DNA of 24,405 nt, taken from Aquificota bacterium. Lineage in GTDB: Bacteria > Aquificota > Aquificia > Aquificales > Hydrogenothermaceae. The notes under the pieces are model-generated. The model was not told the origin of the DNA. It made no database searches and was given only the letters and a program-made list of their open reading frames with translations. Where the stretch lies: positions 1 to 24,405 of the forward strand of contig JAADDV010000087.1 of assembly GCA_013153795.1 (NCBI GenBank), in the 5' to 3' direction. The translations under genes and the position numbers were made by a program. Below are positions 9,650 through 21,588 of the stretch, piece after piece (positions within the stretch are counted from its first letter, which is position 1; each line of letters opens with the position of its first letter).

Positions 9650-9884
9650 AATAATAACCTAAAAGTTTTATAGTCCATGCAAGAAAAATAAAAACCAGCC
9701 AAAAAACTATAATAAATCCTATATTGTATTCTAAAGAGCTAAAAATTAAGTTCCATCCTTGAACAAACAAATACGGAACAACAATCAAAACAGAAACAAA
9801 AGAGATAAAAACAAGAAAGAGGACAAAAAAAGCAAGGAGATACTGCTTTAATGTCCTCTTTTCTTCCACTGGAAATTTTTTCAT
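9639..9884 (-). CDS. Small hypothetical membrane protein (2 TM)
   Basis: 81 aa with two long hydrophobic stretches. ATGA coupling with the moeA stop. Confidence 0.6.
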   Translation of the reverse strand: MKKFPVEEKRTLKQYLLAFFVLFLVFISFVSVLIVVPYLFVQGWNLIFSSLEYNIGFIIVFWLVFIFLAWTIKLLGYYFKY

Positions 9885-11125
9885 AGCTCTTTGTTTAAGA
9901 AAGATGTATCAAATAGCATAACGTCTATATATTCTCCGTCCTTTATCTCTGTTACGCCTATATCAACAATACCAAATCCGTTAGCAAAAACCATCCCTGT
10001 AAGGATGTTAGACCCTTGTTTACCAAAAGCTTTTGCAATAAAACCTTCATCAGTAAGCTCAACAGAAACCCTTATGAACTCTTTCCTCCCTCCTTTTTTC
10101 CTTTTGTATCCTCCAATAAGCTTTGCTTTTATAACAGGATTTAAAACTTTTGTCTCTCCTCTCATTTTTCTTATGGCAGGTTTTACGTAAGCTTCTGTTA
10201 CAAACATAGCAGCTACAGGATTTCCTGGTATTCCAAAAAACAGTTTTCTTTTATCTTCTCCCCAAATGCCAAAAGCAAGAGGTTTCCCTGGTTTTTGGGC
10301 AACTTTCCAGAAAAGAATCTCTACCCCAAGCTCAGTGCATACAAAATCTTTAACAAGGTCGTAATCTCCAACAGATACGCCTCCTGTTGTAAGGAGAATA
10401 TCACAGGTAATAGCATTCCTAAGTTTTTCCTTTAAATCCTCTGGATTATCTTTAGCAAATCCTAAAATAACTGGCTCTCCACCAGCTTCTAAAATCTGTG
10501 AATACAAAGCATACGTGTTTGACGTTCTTATTTGAGAAGGAGAAGTAATAGGCTCTCCAATGTCTAAAATCTCATCTCCTGTTGTAATAATGCCGACTTT
10601 AGGTTTCTGATAAACATAAACAAAAGCTTTATTTGCAGAGGCAAGGATACCTGTTTCTGCTGCCCTTATTTTTGTTCCCTTTTTTAGAAGAATATCTCCT
10701 TTTTTATAGTCCTCTCCTTGTTTTCTTATATTTGCCCCTTTTTTTAACTCTTGAAAAATAAAAACTTTTCCATCTTCAACCTTTGTAAGTTCCTTTTGAA
10801 CAACTGTGTCAGCTCCTTCTGGGATAAGACCTCCTGTATATATAGCAGCAGCTTTTCCTTTTTCTATAGCAGGAGGCTCTCCTCCAGCTTTTGCTTCTCC
10901 TACCAGCTCTAAAACTGCTGGATTTTCTTCAGTAGCTCCTTTTATATCCTCATATCGAACAGCAAATCCATCCATACCACTATTATCAGCTGGTGGCTGG
11001 TCTCTATCAGCAATAACATCTTCTGCTAAAACTCTTCCAAGGGATTCTATTATAGAAACTTTTTCATAAGGAAGAGGCTTCATGTTTTCTAAAACTATTT
11101 TTAAAGCTTCTTCAAACTTTATCAT
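9881..11125 (-). CDS. moeA: Molybdopterin molybdotransferase MoeA
   Basis: SLGRVLAED, DNSGMDGFA, IYTGG, TTGDE, TTGGVSVGDYD, KPGKP and GIPGNP. Confidence 0.95.
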   Translation of the reverse strand: MIKFEEALKIVLENMKPLPYEKVSIIESLGRVLAEDVIADRDQPPADNSGMDGFAVRYEDIKGATEENPAVLELVGEAKAGGEPPAIEKGKAAAIYTGGLIPEGADTVVQKELTKVEDGKVFIFQELKKGANIRKQGEDYKKGDILLKKGTKIRAAETGILASANKAFVYVYQKPKVGIITTGDEILDIGEPITSPSQIRTSNTYALYSQILEAGGEPVILGFAKDNPEDLKEKLRNAITCDILLTTGGVSVGDYDLVKDFVCTELGVEILFWKVAQKPGKPLAFGIWGEDKRKLFFGIPGNPVAAMFVTEAYVKPAIRKMRGETKVLNPVIKAKLIGGYKRKKGGRKEFIRVSVELTDEGFIAKAFGKQGSNILTGMVFANGFGIVDIGVTEIKDGEYIDVMLFDTSFLNKEL

Positions 11126-11254
11126 TTTTATCTCCTATCTCCTTATATAAAACATTTTAAACTAAAGTTAGCTTTTTTATAGAGGTTATTTTGATAATGA
11201 TATAATAAACATTATTTTAATTGCCTCAAAAAATCCTTCTCAGGAGAATTTAAT

Positions 11255-12691
11255 ATGGCTGGAACAAAAAAGATTAAAAAGGTTCTTGTGGCTAACCGTG
11301 GTGAGGTTGCTACAAGGATTATAAGGGCATGTAAAGAGCTGGGTATAAAAACAGTTGCTATCTATTCTGAGGCAGACACAAAAGGTATCTGGGTAAAGAA
11401 AGCAGACGAAGCTTATATGATACCGGGAGACCCAATACAAGCTTATCTAAACTTCTATAAAATTGTAGACCTTGCAAAACAAACAAAGTGTGATGCTATT
11501 CATCCAGGATATGGCTTTTTATCTGAAAACGCTGAATTTGCTGAATACTGTTTGAAAAAGGGAATTATTTTTATTGGCCCTAAACCTGAACATATCGCCT
11601 TATTTGGTGATAAGGTTGCCTCTAAAAAAGCTATGAGAGAAGTTGGTGTTCCAGTTTTACCAGGGACAGATGAACCTATTAAAGATATAAACGAAGCAAA
11701 AAGAGTAGCAAAAGAGATAGGATTTCCTGTTATTATCAAAGCTGCTTATGGTGGTGGTGGTAGAGGAATGAGAATTGTTGAAAAGGAAGAAGATTTTGAG
11801 AAGCTGTTTGAGTCTGCCACCAACGAAGCTAAAAAGTTTTTCGGAAAAGGGGATGTTTTTATAGAAAAATATGTAAAAAATCCAAGACATATAGAAATAC
11901 AAGTAATGGCTGATAAATATGGAAATGTTATACATCTTGGAGAAAGGGACTGTTCAATCCAGAGAAGACATCAAAAGGTGGTAGAAATAGCTCCTTCCCC
12001 AAGACTCAGTGAAGAAGTTAGGAGGGAGCTTTACAGGGTTGCCGTCAAGGCAATGTTTAAACTAGGATATGAAAGTGTAGGGACATTAGAGTTTTTAGTA
12101 GATGAAGATGATAACTTTTACTTTATAGAGATGAACACAAGACTTCAGGTTGAACATACTGTAACTGAAACAGTTACTGGAGTAGACCTTGTCCAGAGAA
12201 TGATTCAGCTTGCTGAAGGTATGAAACTTCCGTTCTTACAAGAGGATATTAAGTTTAGAGGATATGCTATTGAGTTTAGAATAAATGCAGAAGACCCTGC
12301 TAAAGACTTTGCTCCTTCCCCTGGAAGGATAACATCTTACTACTCTCCAGGAGGTCCTGGTGTAAGGATAGATGCAGCTGTTTATAAAGACTATATCATC
12401 CCTCCATACTACGACTCTATGATAGCCAAACTTACAGTTTGGGCTTTAAGCTGGGAACAAACTGTAAACAGAGCAAAAAGAGCCTTAGATGAATTCCAGG
12501 TTAGAGGTGTTCCTACAAATCTTCCTCTTTTAAGGCAGATAGTAAGAGACCCTGATTTTATGGCAGGCAAGTTTGATACTTCTTATATAGATAAAAAACT
12601 TCCAACATTTAAACTCAAACCAGACAAAGAAAATCCTGAAGATTTAGCTACTGTAATAGCAGCTGCTATAGCAGCTTATCACAGACTTTAA
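11255..12691 (+). CDS. pycA: Biotin carboxylase subunit, most like subunit A of two-subunit pyruvate carboxylase
   Basis: ANRGE, HPGYGFLSEN, GGGGRG, RDCSIQRRHQK, EMNTRLQVEH and RINAED. The C-terminal IAAAIAAYHRL tail is typical of PycA/CfiB-type subunits rather than AccC. Confidence 0.75.
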   Translation: MAGTKKIKKVLVANRGEVATRIIRACKELGIKTVAIYSEADTKGIWVKKADEAYMIPGDPIQAYLNFYKIVDLAKQTKCDAIHPGYGFLSENAEFAEYCLKKGIIFIGPKPEHIALFGDKVASKKAMREVGVPVLPGTDEPIKDINEAKRVAKEIGFPVIIKAAYGGGGRGMRIVEKEEDFEKLFESATNEAKKFFGKGDVFIEKYVKNPRHIEIQVMADKYGNVIHLGERDCSIQRRHQKVVEIAPSPRLSEEVRRELYRVAVKAMFKLGYESVGTLEFLVDEDDNFYFIEMNTRLQVEHTVTETVTGVDLVQRMIQLAEGMKLPFLQEDIKFRGYAIEFRINAEDPAKDFAPSPGRITSYYSPGGPGVRIDAAVYKDYIIPPYYDSMIAKLTVWALSWEQTVNRAKRALDEFQVRGVPTNLPLLRQIVRDPDFMAGKFDTSYIDKKLPTFKLKPDKENPEDLATVIAAAIAAYHRL

Positions 12692-12694
12692 TAA

Positions 12695-14390
<1,696 letters not shown>

Positions 14391-15024
14391 ATTTATCCCA
14401 TATAGATACATTCTTATTTGATTTAGATGGAACACTGGTAGATTCAAGTGATGATATATATATGGCAGTTGCCCATACACTTAAAGAACTTGGATTTGAG
14501 CCTCTGCCAAAAGAAGAAGTTATAAAACATGTTGGATACGGAGCTAGAAAACTTTTAGAAGGTGTTTTAAACACAAAAGATGAAAAGCTTTTGGATAAAG
14601 CTGTAGAAATTTTTAGAGATTACTACTTTAAAAATCCTGTTGTTTATTCTAAAACATATGACGGTATAAAAGATTTATTAAAAACCTTAAAAGAAAAAAA
14701 CAAAAAAATAGCAGTTGTTACTAACAAATACGAAGATATTTCCTGGGAAGTTGTAAACGGCGTAGGAATAGGTGAGTATATAGATTTTCTTGTAGGTGGA
14801 GATACAACGCCTGAAAAAAAACCTTCCCCTATCCCTGTTTTGTATGCCCTTGAAAAACTAGGTGGCAAGAAAGCTGTTATTATTGGTGACAGTGAAACAG
14901 ATATAAATGCTGGTAAAAAAGCTGGGATAGAAACATGTCTTGTTATGTATGGTTTTGGAAAAAAAGATTTAGCTCTTGCTTCAAATCCTGATTATATCAT
15001 CGAATCTATAAAACAGATAATTGT

Positions 15025-15825
15025 TTAATAAACAGGGTGTTTTACAAACCAATAAACAATAAAAGCAAAAACTCCTCCTGCTATTGTCAGATAAGCTGCT
15101 TTTATTCCTTTTTCATGTTTTATCACTCTAATATGGAGTAAAAATCCATAAAAAATCCATAAAAGAGATAAAGCTATCTGTTTTGGGTCCCATATCCAGT
15201 GTTTCCCAAGGTATACACTAGACCAAATAGAAGAAGCTATAAGGGCTAAGGAAAGGGTTATAAAAGCTAAAACTGTTGATTTGTATTCTACCTCTTCAAG
15301 TAAAGCTAAAGAAGAGGAAAATTTAGAAACAAAAAATGAATCCAGTTTTTTTCTCTTTAGGTCTCTATGGGTAAGAATATATATTACAGCTACAACTGTT
15401 GAAGCAATAATAAAGGCGTAAGCAACCATAGAGAGAATAACATGGGCATAAAACCAGAAGTTTTTATAAACCTGCGCTTGCTCCCCAACATTAGGTAGTG
15501 TCATAGCTATAAGAAAAACGTTTATTGGGGCAAATATAGAACCAAAATCTTTTAGTTTTTTCTTATATTTTATAGAAAGTCCGTAATATACAACTCCTAT
15601 AAGGAAAGCTAAGAAAAAAGGAAGCTCCTGCTGGGTTGCAACAGCAAATGTTTTTTCTTGGAAATCTTTTATGCCTATATATATAAGTTGAATAAGAAAT
15701 CCAAGTCCAAAGAAAGAAAATCCTATTTTTGTTCCAATCTCTTTTTTAGTAAAAAGATACATCCAGAAACCAAATGAAGAAAGGAAATAAGCCATCAGTG
15801 CTGCTATTAAAACAAGTTTCAGCAT
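15025..15825 (-). CDS. ccsA: Cytochrome c biogenesis protein CcsA/ResC-like
   Basis: Multi-TM with a conserved His (HVILS) and tryptophan-rich WSSVYLGKHWIWDPKQ motif. Confidence 0.85.
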   Translation of the reverse strand: MLKLVLIAALMAYFLSSFGFWMYLFTKKEIGTKIGFSFFGLGFLIQLIYIGIKDFQEKTFAVATQQELPFFLAFLIGVVYYGLSIKYKKKLKDFGSIFAPINVFLIAMTLPNVGEQAQVYKNFWFYAHVILSMVAYAFIIASTVVAVIYILTHRDLKRKKLDSFFVSKFSSSLALLEEVEYKSTVLAFITLSLALIASSIWSSVYLGKHWIWDPKQIALSLLWIFYGFLLHIRVIKHEKGIKAAYLTIAGGVFAFIVYWFVKHPVY

Positions 15826-15867
15826 CTATCTATCCTTAGTCTGTTTTAGATTTAATTTGTTTTTCAT
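15826..15867 (-). other. 13-codon mini-ORF (MKNKLNLKQTKDR*) between lepA and ccsA
   Basis: AGGAG SD 5 nt before the ATG. Its TAG abuts the ccsA ATG in the same frame. Confidence 0.3.
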
Positions 15868-15885
15868 TTTTTCTCCTGTAAAGCC

Positions 15886-17688
15886 TTACTCTGCTTTTAG
15901 AATACTTAGGAAAGCTTCCTGAGGAAGTTCAACCTTTCCAAGCTGTTTCATTCTCTTTTTACCTTTTTTCTGCTTTTCAAGAAGTTTTTTCTTTCTTGTT
16001 ATATCTCCTCCATAACATTTTGCTAAAACATCCTTTCTAAGAGGTGGTATTCTGGCAGATGCTATAACCTTTGAGCCTATAACAGCCTGTATTCTAACCT
16101 CAAAAAGCTGTCTTGGAATAACTTCTCTCATTTTATCTACAATACTTCTTCCTGTTCTGTAGGCTTTATCTCTGTGGACTATAAATGAAAGGGCATCTAC
16201 AGGTTCTCCATTTATGAGGATATCCATCCTTACAAGGTCTCCAGGTCTGTAGTCTTTAAACTCATAATCAAAGGAAGCATATCCCCTTGTTGCAGTTTTT
16301 AGTTTGTCATGGAAATCAAATAAAACCTCTGCCATAGGAATATCATATCTGAGGATAACTGTTTTTTTATCTATATACTCAAATCCTTTTTGAATACCTC
16401 TTTTGTCCTGAACAAGCTGCATTATAGCTCCGACATAGTCGTTAGGGGTTATGATATTTGCCTCTATATAAGGCTCTAAAATTTCTGCTATTTGGGACGG
16501 GTCTGGCATCTGGGAAGGATTTCTTATCTCAAGCTCTTCTCCTTTCTTTGTTCTTACTTTGTATATAACGTTTGGTGCTGTTGTAATAAGCTCAACATCA
16601 TACTCTCTTTCAAGTCTTTCCTGAACAATTTCCATATGAAGAAGTCCTAAAAAACCACATCTAAAACCAAGTCCTAAAGCTGGGGAGCTTTCCATTTCAT
16701 ATGTTAGGGCAGCATCATTTATTGAGTATTTTTCAAGGGCATCTCTCAGGTCTTCAAAGGTTGTTGAGCCTGTAGGGTATAAACCTGCATAAACCATAGG
16801 TTTTGCTGGTCTAAAACCAGGTATAGGCTCAGGGGTAGGATTTTTTGCATCTGTTATAGTATCCCCAATACGTATATCTCTAACATCTTTTATAGCTGCA
16901 GCTATGTATCCAACATCTCCAGCTTTTAAACTTTCCAGCTCTGTCATATGTGGTGTCTGAGCTCCAACCTCTGTAACATCAAACTCTTTTCCTGTAGACA
17001 TAAGTTTTATTCTTGTTCCTTTTTTTACTTCTCCATCAAATATCCTTACAAAAGCAACAGCTCCTCTATATGGGTCATAGTAAGAGTCAAAAATTAGAGC
17101 TTTTAAGGGCTTGTTCTCTTCTCCTTTAGGAGGAGGGATTTTGTTTACTATAGCCTCAAGAATGTCCTCTATCCCTATTCCTGCTTTTCCTGAGGCAAGG
17201 ATTGCTTCGTCTGGGTCTAGTCCTAAAACATCTGCTATCTGTTCTTTTATTCTGTCAACATCTGCAGAAGGAAGGTCTATCTTGTTTATAACAGGAATTA
17301 TCTCAAGGTCTTGTTCTAATGCCTGCCAGAATGTGGCTATAGTCTGGGCTTCTATTCCCTGGGTTGCATCTATAAGAAGAAGTGCCCCTTCACATGCTGC
17401 TAAAGAACGGGAAACCTCATAACCAAAATCAACGTGCCCTGGTGTATCTATAAGGTGGAGAGTATACTCCTGACCATCTTTTGCTTTGTATTTAAGTCTA
17501 ACAGCCTGAAGTTTTATTGTGATTCCTCTTTCCCTTTCTATATCAAGGGTATCTAAAAGCTGGTCTTTTTTTTCCCTTTCTGTTATAGCCCCGGTAAACT
17601 CCATAAGTCTGTCTGCAAGGGTAGATTTTCCATGGTCAACATGGGCTATAATAGAAAAGTTTCTTATATGTTTTAGCCTTTCACTCAT
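15886..17688 (-). CDS. lepA: Translation elongation factor 4
   Basis: [39 protein letters not shown] and [18 protein letters not shown]. Confidence 0.98.
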   Translation of the reverse strand: MSERLKHIRNFSIIAHVDHGKSTLADRLMEFTGAITEREKKDQLLDTLDIERERGITIKLQAVRLKYKAKDGQEYTLHLIDTPGHVDFGYEVSRSLAACEGALLLIDATQGIEAQTIATFWQALEQDLEIIPVINKIDLPSADVDRIKEQIADVLGLDPDEAILASGKAGIGIEDILEAIVNKIPPPKGEENKPLKALIFDSYYDPYRGAVAFVRIFDGEVKKGTRIKLMSTGKEFDVTEVGAQTPHMTELESLKAGDVGYIAAAIKDVRDIRIGDTITDAKNPTPEPIPGFRPAKPMVYAGLYPTGSTTFEDLRDALEKYSINDAALTYEMESSPALGLGFRCGFLGLLHMEIVQERLEREYDVELITTAPNVIYKVRTKKGEELEIRNPSQMPDPSQIAEILEPYIEANIITPNDYVGAIMQLVQDKRGIQKGFEYIDKKTVILRYDIPMAEVLFDFHDKLKTATRGYASFDYEFKDYRPGDLVRMDILINGEPVDALSFIVHRDKAYRTGRSIVDKMREVIPRQLFEVRIQAVIGSKVIASARIPPLRKDVLAKCYGGDITRKKKLLEKQKKGKKRMKQLGKVELPQEAFLSILKAE

Positions 17689-17761
17689 TTGCTGTCCTCG
17701 TTATATAATGTTTTGCTACAAAACAGATAAACTATTTTATCAAGTTATTTGAAGGAGTTTT

Positions 17762-18670
17762 ATGTTAGAAAATCTATTTTCTGTAATTTTATATTTTAGT
17801 TTAGGATATTTTTCAAGGAAAAAAGGTATATTTAAGGAAGACGCATCAGATATTCTTATAAAATTTATTATCTATTTTTCTTTTCCAGCTCTTGTTATTT
17901 ACAACATATACCACTTAAAGGTTGATTCATCTATTTTCTTTATTGTTTTCACAGGGTGGGCAGTAGTTATTTTTTCTATTTTTCTTTCCTTCTTTGTAGG
18001 AAAGCTTTTAAGATTTAACAAAGCTACCCACGCTTCTTTTATTATGATGGCTACCTTTGGAAATACCTCTTTTTTAGGTTTTCCTTTTCAGCTTGCTTTT
18101 TTTGGTGAGGAAGGTCTTAGATATGCCGTTATTTTTGATCAGCTTGCATCTTTTTTACCTGTTTCTCTACTTTCTCCTTTTATTCTTGCCTATGGACAGG
18201 GCTCAAAAACTATATCTATTGACTGGAAAAAGATAATCACATTTCCTCCATTTGTAACACTGGTCTTTGCTTTTTTAATAAAACCTTTTTTTTCTATTCC
18301 AGAGTTTGTTTTGAATGCCCTTCATACCCTTGGAATGACTGTTATACCTTTAGCTCTTTTTTCTGTAGGATTTAATCTTAGATTTTCTGCTGTAAGGGAA
18401 AGATTAAGAGATGTTTTAATAGTTTTATTTATAAAAATGATATTTGTTCCTTTTGTTGTTGTTTTAGTGCTGGTTTTTCTTGGAATAGAATTTACCCTTC
18501 CTGTGAAATCTACCCTTTTAGAGATTGCTATGCCTCCTATGGTTTTAGCTTCTATTTTTGTTATTGGTGCAAAACTAGATAAAGACCTAGCTGTATCTTC
18601 TGTAGGTCTTGGAATAATAGCAAGTTTTATAACTGTTCCTATTTTTGTCTGGATTATTAATCATTTTTGA
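17762..18670 (+). CDS. AEC (auxin efflux carrier)-family transporter
   Basis: About 10 TM, with FSFPAL, FGNTSFLGFP, PLALFSVG and EIAMPP repeat motifs. Confidence 0.85.
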   Translation: MLENLFSVILYFSLGYFSRKKGIFKEDASDILIKFIIYFSFPALVIYNIYHLKVDSSIFFIVFTGWAVVIFSIFLSFFVGKLLRFNKATHASFIMMATFGNTSFLGFPFQLAFFGEEGLRYAVIFDQLASFLPVSLLSPFILAYGQGSKTISIDWKKIITFPPFVTLVFAFLIKPFFSIPEFVLNALHTLGMTVIPLALFSVGFNLRFSAVRERLRDVLIVLFIKMIFVPFVVVLVLVFLGIEFTLPVKSTLLEIAMPPMVLASIFVIGAKLDKDLAVSSVGLGIIASFITVPIFVWIINHF

Positions 18671-18753
18671 TTAAAATATGGTTTAAAAACAAAAAAAATG
18701 GTTTAAATTTTTAAAACTTTAAAATAAAAACTTAAAATTTAAGGTGCTTTAAT

Positions 18754-20079
18754 ATGGCAAAAGTAGCTGTTATTGGTGCTGGTCTTGCTGGAAGTGAGGC
18801 AGCGTATAAAATTGTAAATGAAGGTTTTAGTGTAGACCTTTATGAAATGAGACCTGTAAAAACTACCCCTGCCCATAGGACGGAAAAGTTTGCTGAGCTT
18901 GTTTGTTCAAACTCTTTAGGAGGCAAAGAAATAACAACAGGAGCAGGTCTTTTAAAAGAAGAGATGAAACTTTTAGACTCTCTTATTGTAAAAACTGCTG
19001 AGGAGTTTAATGTTCCAGCAGGAGGAGCTTTAGCTGTAGACAGGGAAAAATTTTCTCAAAAAATAACCGAGATTTTAGAAAATCATCCAAACATAAATGT
19101 TATAAGAGAGGAAGTAAAAAAAATCCCTGAAGGATATGATGTTGTCATTATAGCAACAGGACCTTTAACTTCAGAAGATTTATCTAAAGAAATCCAGAAA
19201 CTAACTGGTGCAGAACATCTTTACTTTTACGATGCTATAGCACCAACTGTAGATGCAGAGACTGTAGATTTTTCAAAAGGTTTTTGGGGAGATAGATACT
19301 CAAAAGGAGAAGGAGACTATTTTAACTGTGTTTTGACAGAAGAAGAGTATGAAAGATTTTATGAAGAACTCTTAAAAGGGGAACAGGTTCCTTTAAAGGA
19401 TTTTGAAAGGGCTGTTTTTTTTGAAGGTTGTCTTCCTATAGAAGAAATAGCAAGAAGAGGAAAACAAACACTTCTTTTTGGTCCTATGAAACCAGTAGGC
19501 TTAGTTGACCCAAAAACGGGAAAACAGCCTTTTGCCGTTGTTCAGCTTAGAAAAGAAAACAAAGAAGGAACACTTCTTTCTATGGTAGGATTTCAGACAA
19601 AGCTTAAATACCCAGAACAAAAAAGAATCTTCAGGTTTATACCAGCATTAAAAGATGCCACTTTTGTTAGACTTGGTTCTATACATAGAAATACTTTTAT
19701 CCAGTCCCAAAAAGTTTTAAAACCTACTCTTCAAATGAAAGATAAACCAAACATTCTTTTTGCAGGACAGATAACAGGAGTAGAAGGATATGCTGCTTCT
19801 GCTGCAACAGGAATCCTTGCAGGGATAAATGCCGCTAGGATGTTAAAAGGGGAGGAACCTGTTGTTCCACCTGAAACAACAATGCTTGGAGGTTTGGTCA
19901 GGTATATAACAGAGCCTAAAGAAGAACTTCAACCAATGAATCCAAATTTTGCTCTTTTACCTGACCTAAAAGGAAAAAAAATAAAAGATAAAAGAAAAAG
20001 AAAACTTTTAAAAGCTGAAAGAGCTTTAAAAGATATGAAAAAATTTGTAAACGAACTAAATAAAGAAAAGGTTGGTTAA
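18754..20079 (+). CDS. trmFO: Methylenetetrahydrofolate-tRNA-(uracil-5-)-methyltransferase
   Basis: [51 protein letters not shown] and QPMN. Confidence 0.97.
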   Translation: MAKVAVIGAGLAGSEAAYKIVNEGFSVDLYEMRPVKTTPAHRTEKFAELVCSNSLGGKEITTGAGLLKEEMKLLDSLIVKTAEEFNVPAGGALAVDREKFSQKITEILENHPNINVIREEVKKIPEGYDVVIIATGPLTSEDLSKEIQKLTGAEHLYFYDAIAPTVDAETVDFSKGFWGDRYSKGEGDYFNCVLTEEEYERFYEELLKGEQVPLKDFERAVFFEGCLPIEEIARRGKQTLLFGPMKPVGLVDPKTGKQPFAVVQLRKENKEGTLLSMVGFQTKLKYPEQKRIFRFIPALKDATFVRLGSIHRNTFIQSQKVLKPTLQMKDKPNILFAGQITGVEGYAASAATGILAGINAARMLKGEEPVVPPETTMLGGLVRYITEPKEELQPMNPNFALLPDLKGKKIKDKRKRKLLKAERALKDMKKFVNELNKEKVG

Positions 20080-20159
20080 TATATAAACGAAAAAGATTTG
20101 AAAAACCGACACATTAGTATAGAATAGTTTCGGTGTTTTTAGATATAGTTTGTTGAAAC

Positions 20160-20430
20160 AAGAATAAGAAAAAAGCGAGTGTTTATTGAAAATATGATTT
20201 AAATCATATTTAATTTTTCACCAAAATTTTTGATAAAAGTAGACTAAGAATTTTTGTAAGTTATTGAAATAAAGAGAAAATTCAAATTATAAGATGACAA
20301 TAAAGCGATATAGTTTGGGATGCATATCGAAAATTAGGAAATGCTTGAATATCAAGCATTAGAAGGAGATATAAAAGGTTATTGCAAATTAATTGCATTT
20401 GCAAAATGCTCGCTGAACATATTAAATACA
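20160..20430 (+). promoter_or_regulatory. AT-rich, palindrome-rich tract, possibly a CRISPR leader
   Basis: Non-coding. Palindromes at 20190-20211 (22 bp, perfect), 20340-20360 and 20382-20404. Sits directly before the repeat-like relic and cas6. Confidence 0.35.
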
Positions 20431-20433
20431 AGC

Positions 20434-20594
20434 TCTTGCTCTTACCCGCCTTCTTGAGGGTATTGCGACCCTTCTTAGTATTTTTATTCCAGATATAGCG
20501 TCTGTACTTGCTCTTATCTGTTTTAGAAGTTGGGATAAATTCTTATCTCTGTTGTCAGCTTGGGATTTGTCCCAGTTTTTAAGGGTATTACAAT
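20434..20594 (+). CRISPR. Degenerate CRISPR repeat relic (one convincing repeat-like unit, two eroded copies)
   Basis: 20434-20469 has an ACCC...GGGT stem followed directly by ATTGCGAC. Partial copies lie at 20506 and 20559-20594. Not an intact array. Confidence 0.35.
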
Positions 20595-20782
20595 ACTTGA
20601 AATACTTAACTTTTTACGAAAAAACTCAGCTTACTTTTATCTATTTTGAAAATTGCCAGAAAACCTTAACCAAGTAAAACTCTTTATTTAATGTTTATTG
20701 AGCCATAATTTTTTTTAAATCTCAGTTTAATCAATTAATTTCATATTTGCATTGTTTATCTATAGAGAGCTAGTTAATAGAT

Positions 20783-20808
20783 ATAATTTGCAAAGCTTTG
20801 TAAATTAT
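20783..20808. promoter_or_regulatory. 26-bp near-perfect palindrome (operator candidate) upstream of cas6
   Basis: ATAATTTGCAAAG|CTTTGTAAATTAT with one mismatch. It overlaps a TATAAT at 20782-20787. Confidence 0.55.
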
Positions 20809-20835
20809 GTTTACAATTTTTGAAGGGGGAGAGTT

Positions 20836-21588
20836 ATGAGGCTAAAATTAGTACTATCTTCAGATAAAAACTATATATCACTTCCTTTACATCATAATTA
20901 TGCCCTTCAAGTAATGCTATATAAAAGCCTTCCAAATTTTTTATCTAATTTTCTACATAGTATTGGTTATTTTTATAAAGGAAGAAAATTTAAGCTATTT
21001 ACTTTTTCAAAAATACAATCGAAACATTTTATTTTCTTAAAAGAGAAAAAAATAATTAAATATCAGACACCAATTACTCTATATGTATCTTCAGGAATTT
21101 CAGATATAACAAAATCTTGGGGAGAAACTTTTTTGAAAAAAGATAAAGTAATTCTTGGTAAAAATGAGCTTTATCTTGAAGAAATAGAGATACTAACATC
21201 TCCAATTTTCAAAGAAGAAATGCTTATAAAAACCCTTTCTCCTATAACTGTTTATAGAACGTTTGAAAATGATAAAAAATACTATAGATATTACTCACCA
21301 AATGAAAAAGAGTTTCAAGAGCTAATTAAAGAAAATATAAGAAAAAAATACCAGATAATAACAAGAAAAGAACTAAAAGACTTTCCATTTGAAATAAAAC
21401 CACATGAAAACATAAAAAAAGTCCTTTTTAAATATAAAAATTTTCCAATAGAAGCTTACGAAGGAATTTTTAAAATAAAAACAGACCCGGAAATATTTAA
21501 AACCGTATACGACACAGGCTTAGGCGCTAAAAACTCCCAAGGCTTTGGGATGATTGAGGTGATTGAGAATGATAAAGCTAACTTTTGA
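20836..21588 (+). CDS. cas6: CRISPR-associated endoribonuclease Cas6
   Basis: FKLFTFS, TLSPITVY and C-terminal G-rich loop GLGAKNSQGFG. GGGGGAG RBS. Confidence 0.95.
   Translation: MRLKLVLSSDKNYISLPLHHNYALQVMLYKSLPNFLSNFLHSIGYFYKGRKFKLFTFSKIQSKHFIFLKEKKIIKYQTPITLYVSSGISDITKSWGETFLKKDKVILGKNELYLEEIEILTSPIFKEEMLIKTLSPITVYRTFENDKKYYRYYSPNEKEFQELIKENIRKKYQIITRKELKDFPFEIKPHENIKKVLFKYKNFPIEAYEGIFKIKTDPEIFKTVYDTGLGAKNSQGFGMIEVIENDKANF

Noticed and set aside
20101-20159. Weak inverted repeat after trmFO and a 33-nt GTTTC...GTTGAAAC stretch resembling a type I-B repeat
   Set aside because: The stem is only 5 bp with a 20-nt loop. The GTTTC...GAAAC unit occurs once, with no internal hairpin and no second copy.
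20423-20676. Start-less open frames over the GC-richer segment, including minus-strand NLSQLLKQIRAST...LRRVAIPS, vaguely like a group II/CRISPR reverse-transcriptase N-terminus
   Set aside because: No start codon or RBS, short, no YADD or other RT core, and the similarity is within chance. The repeat-relic reading explains the segment better.
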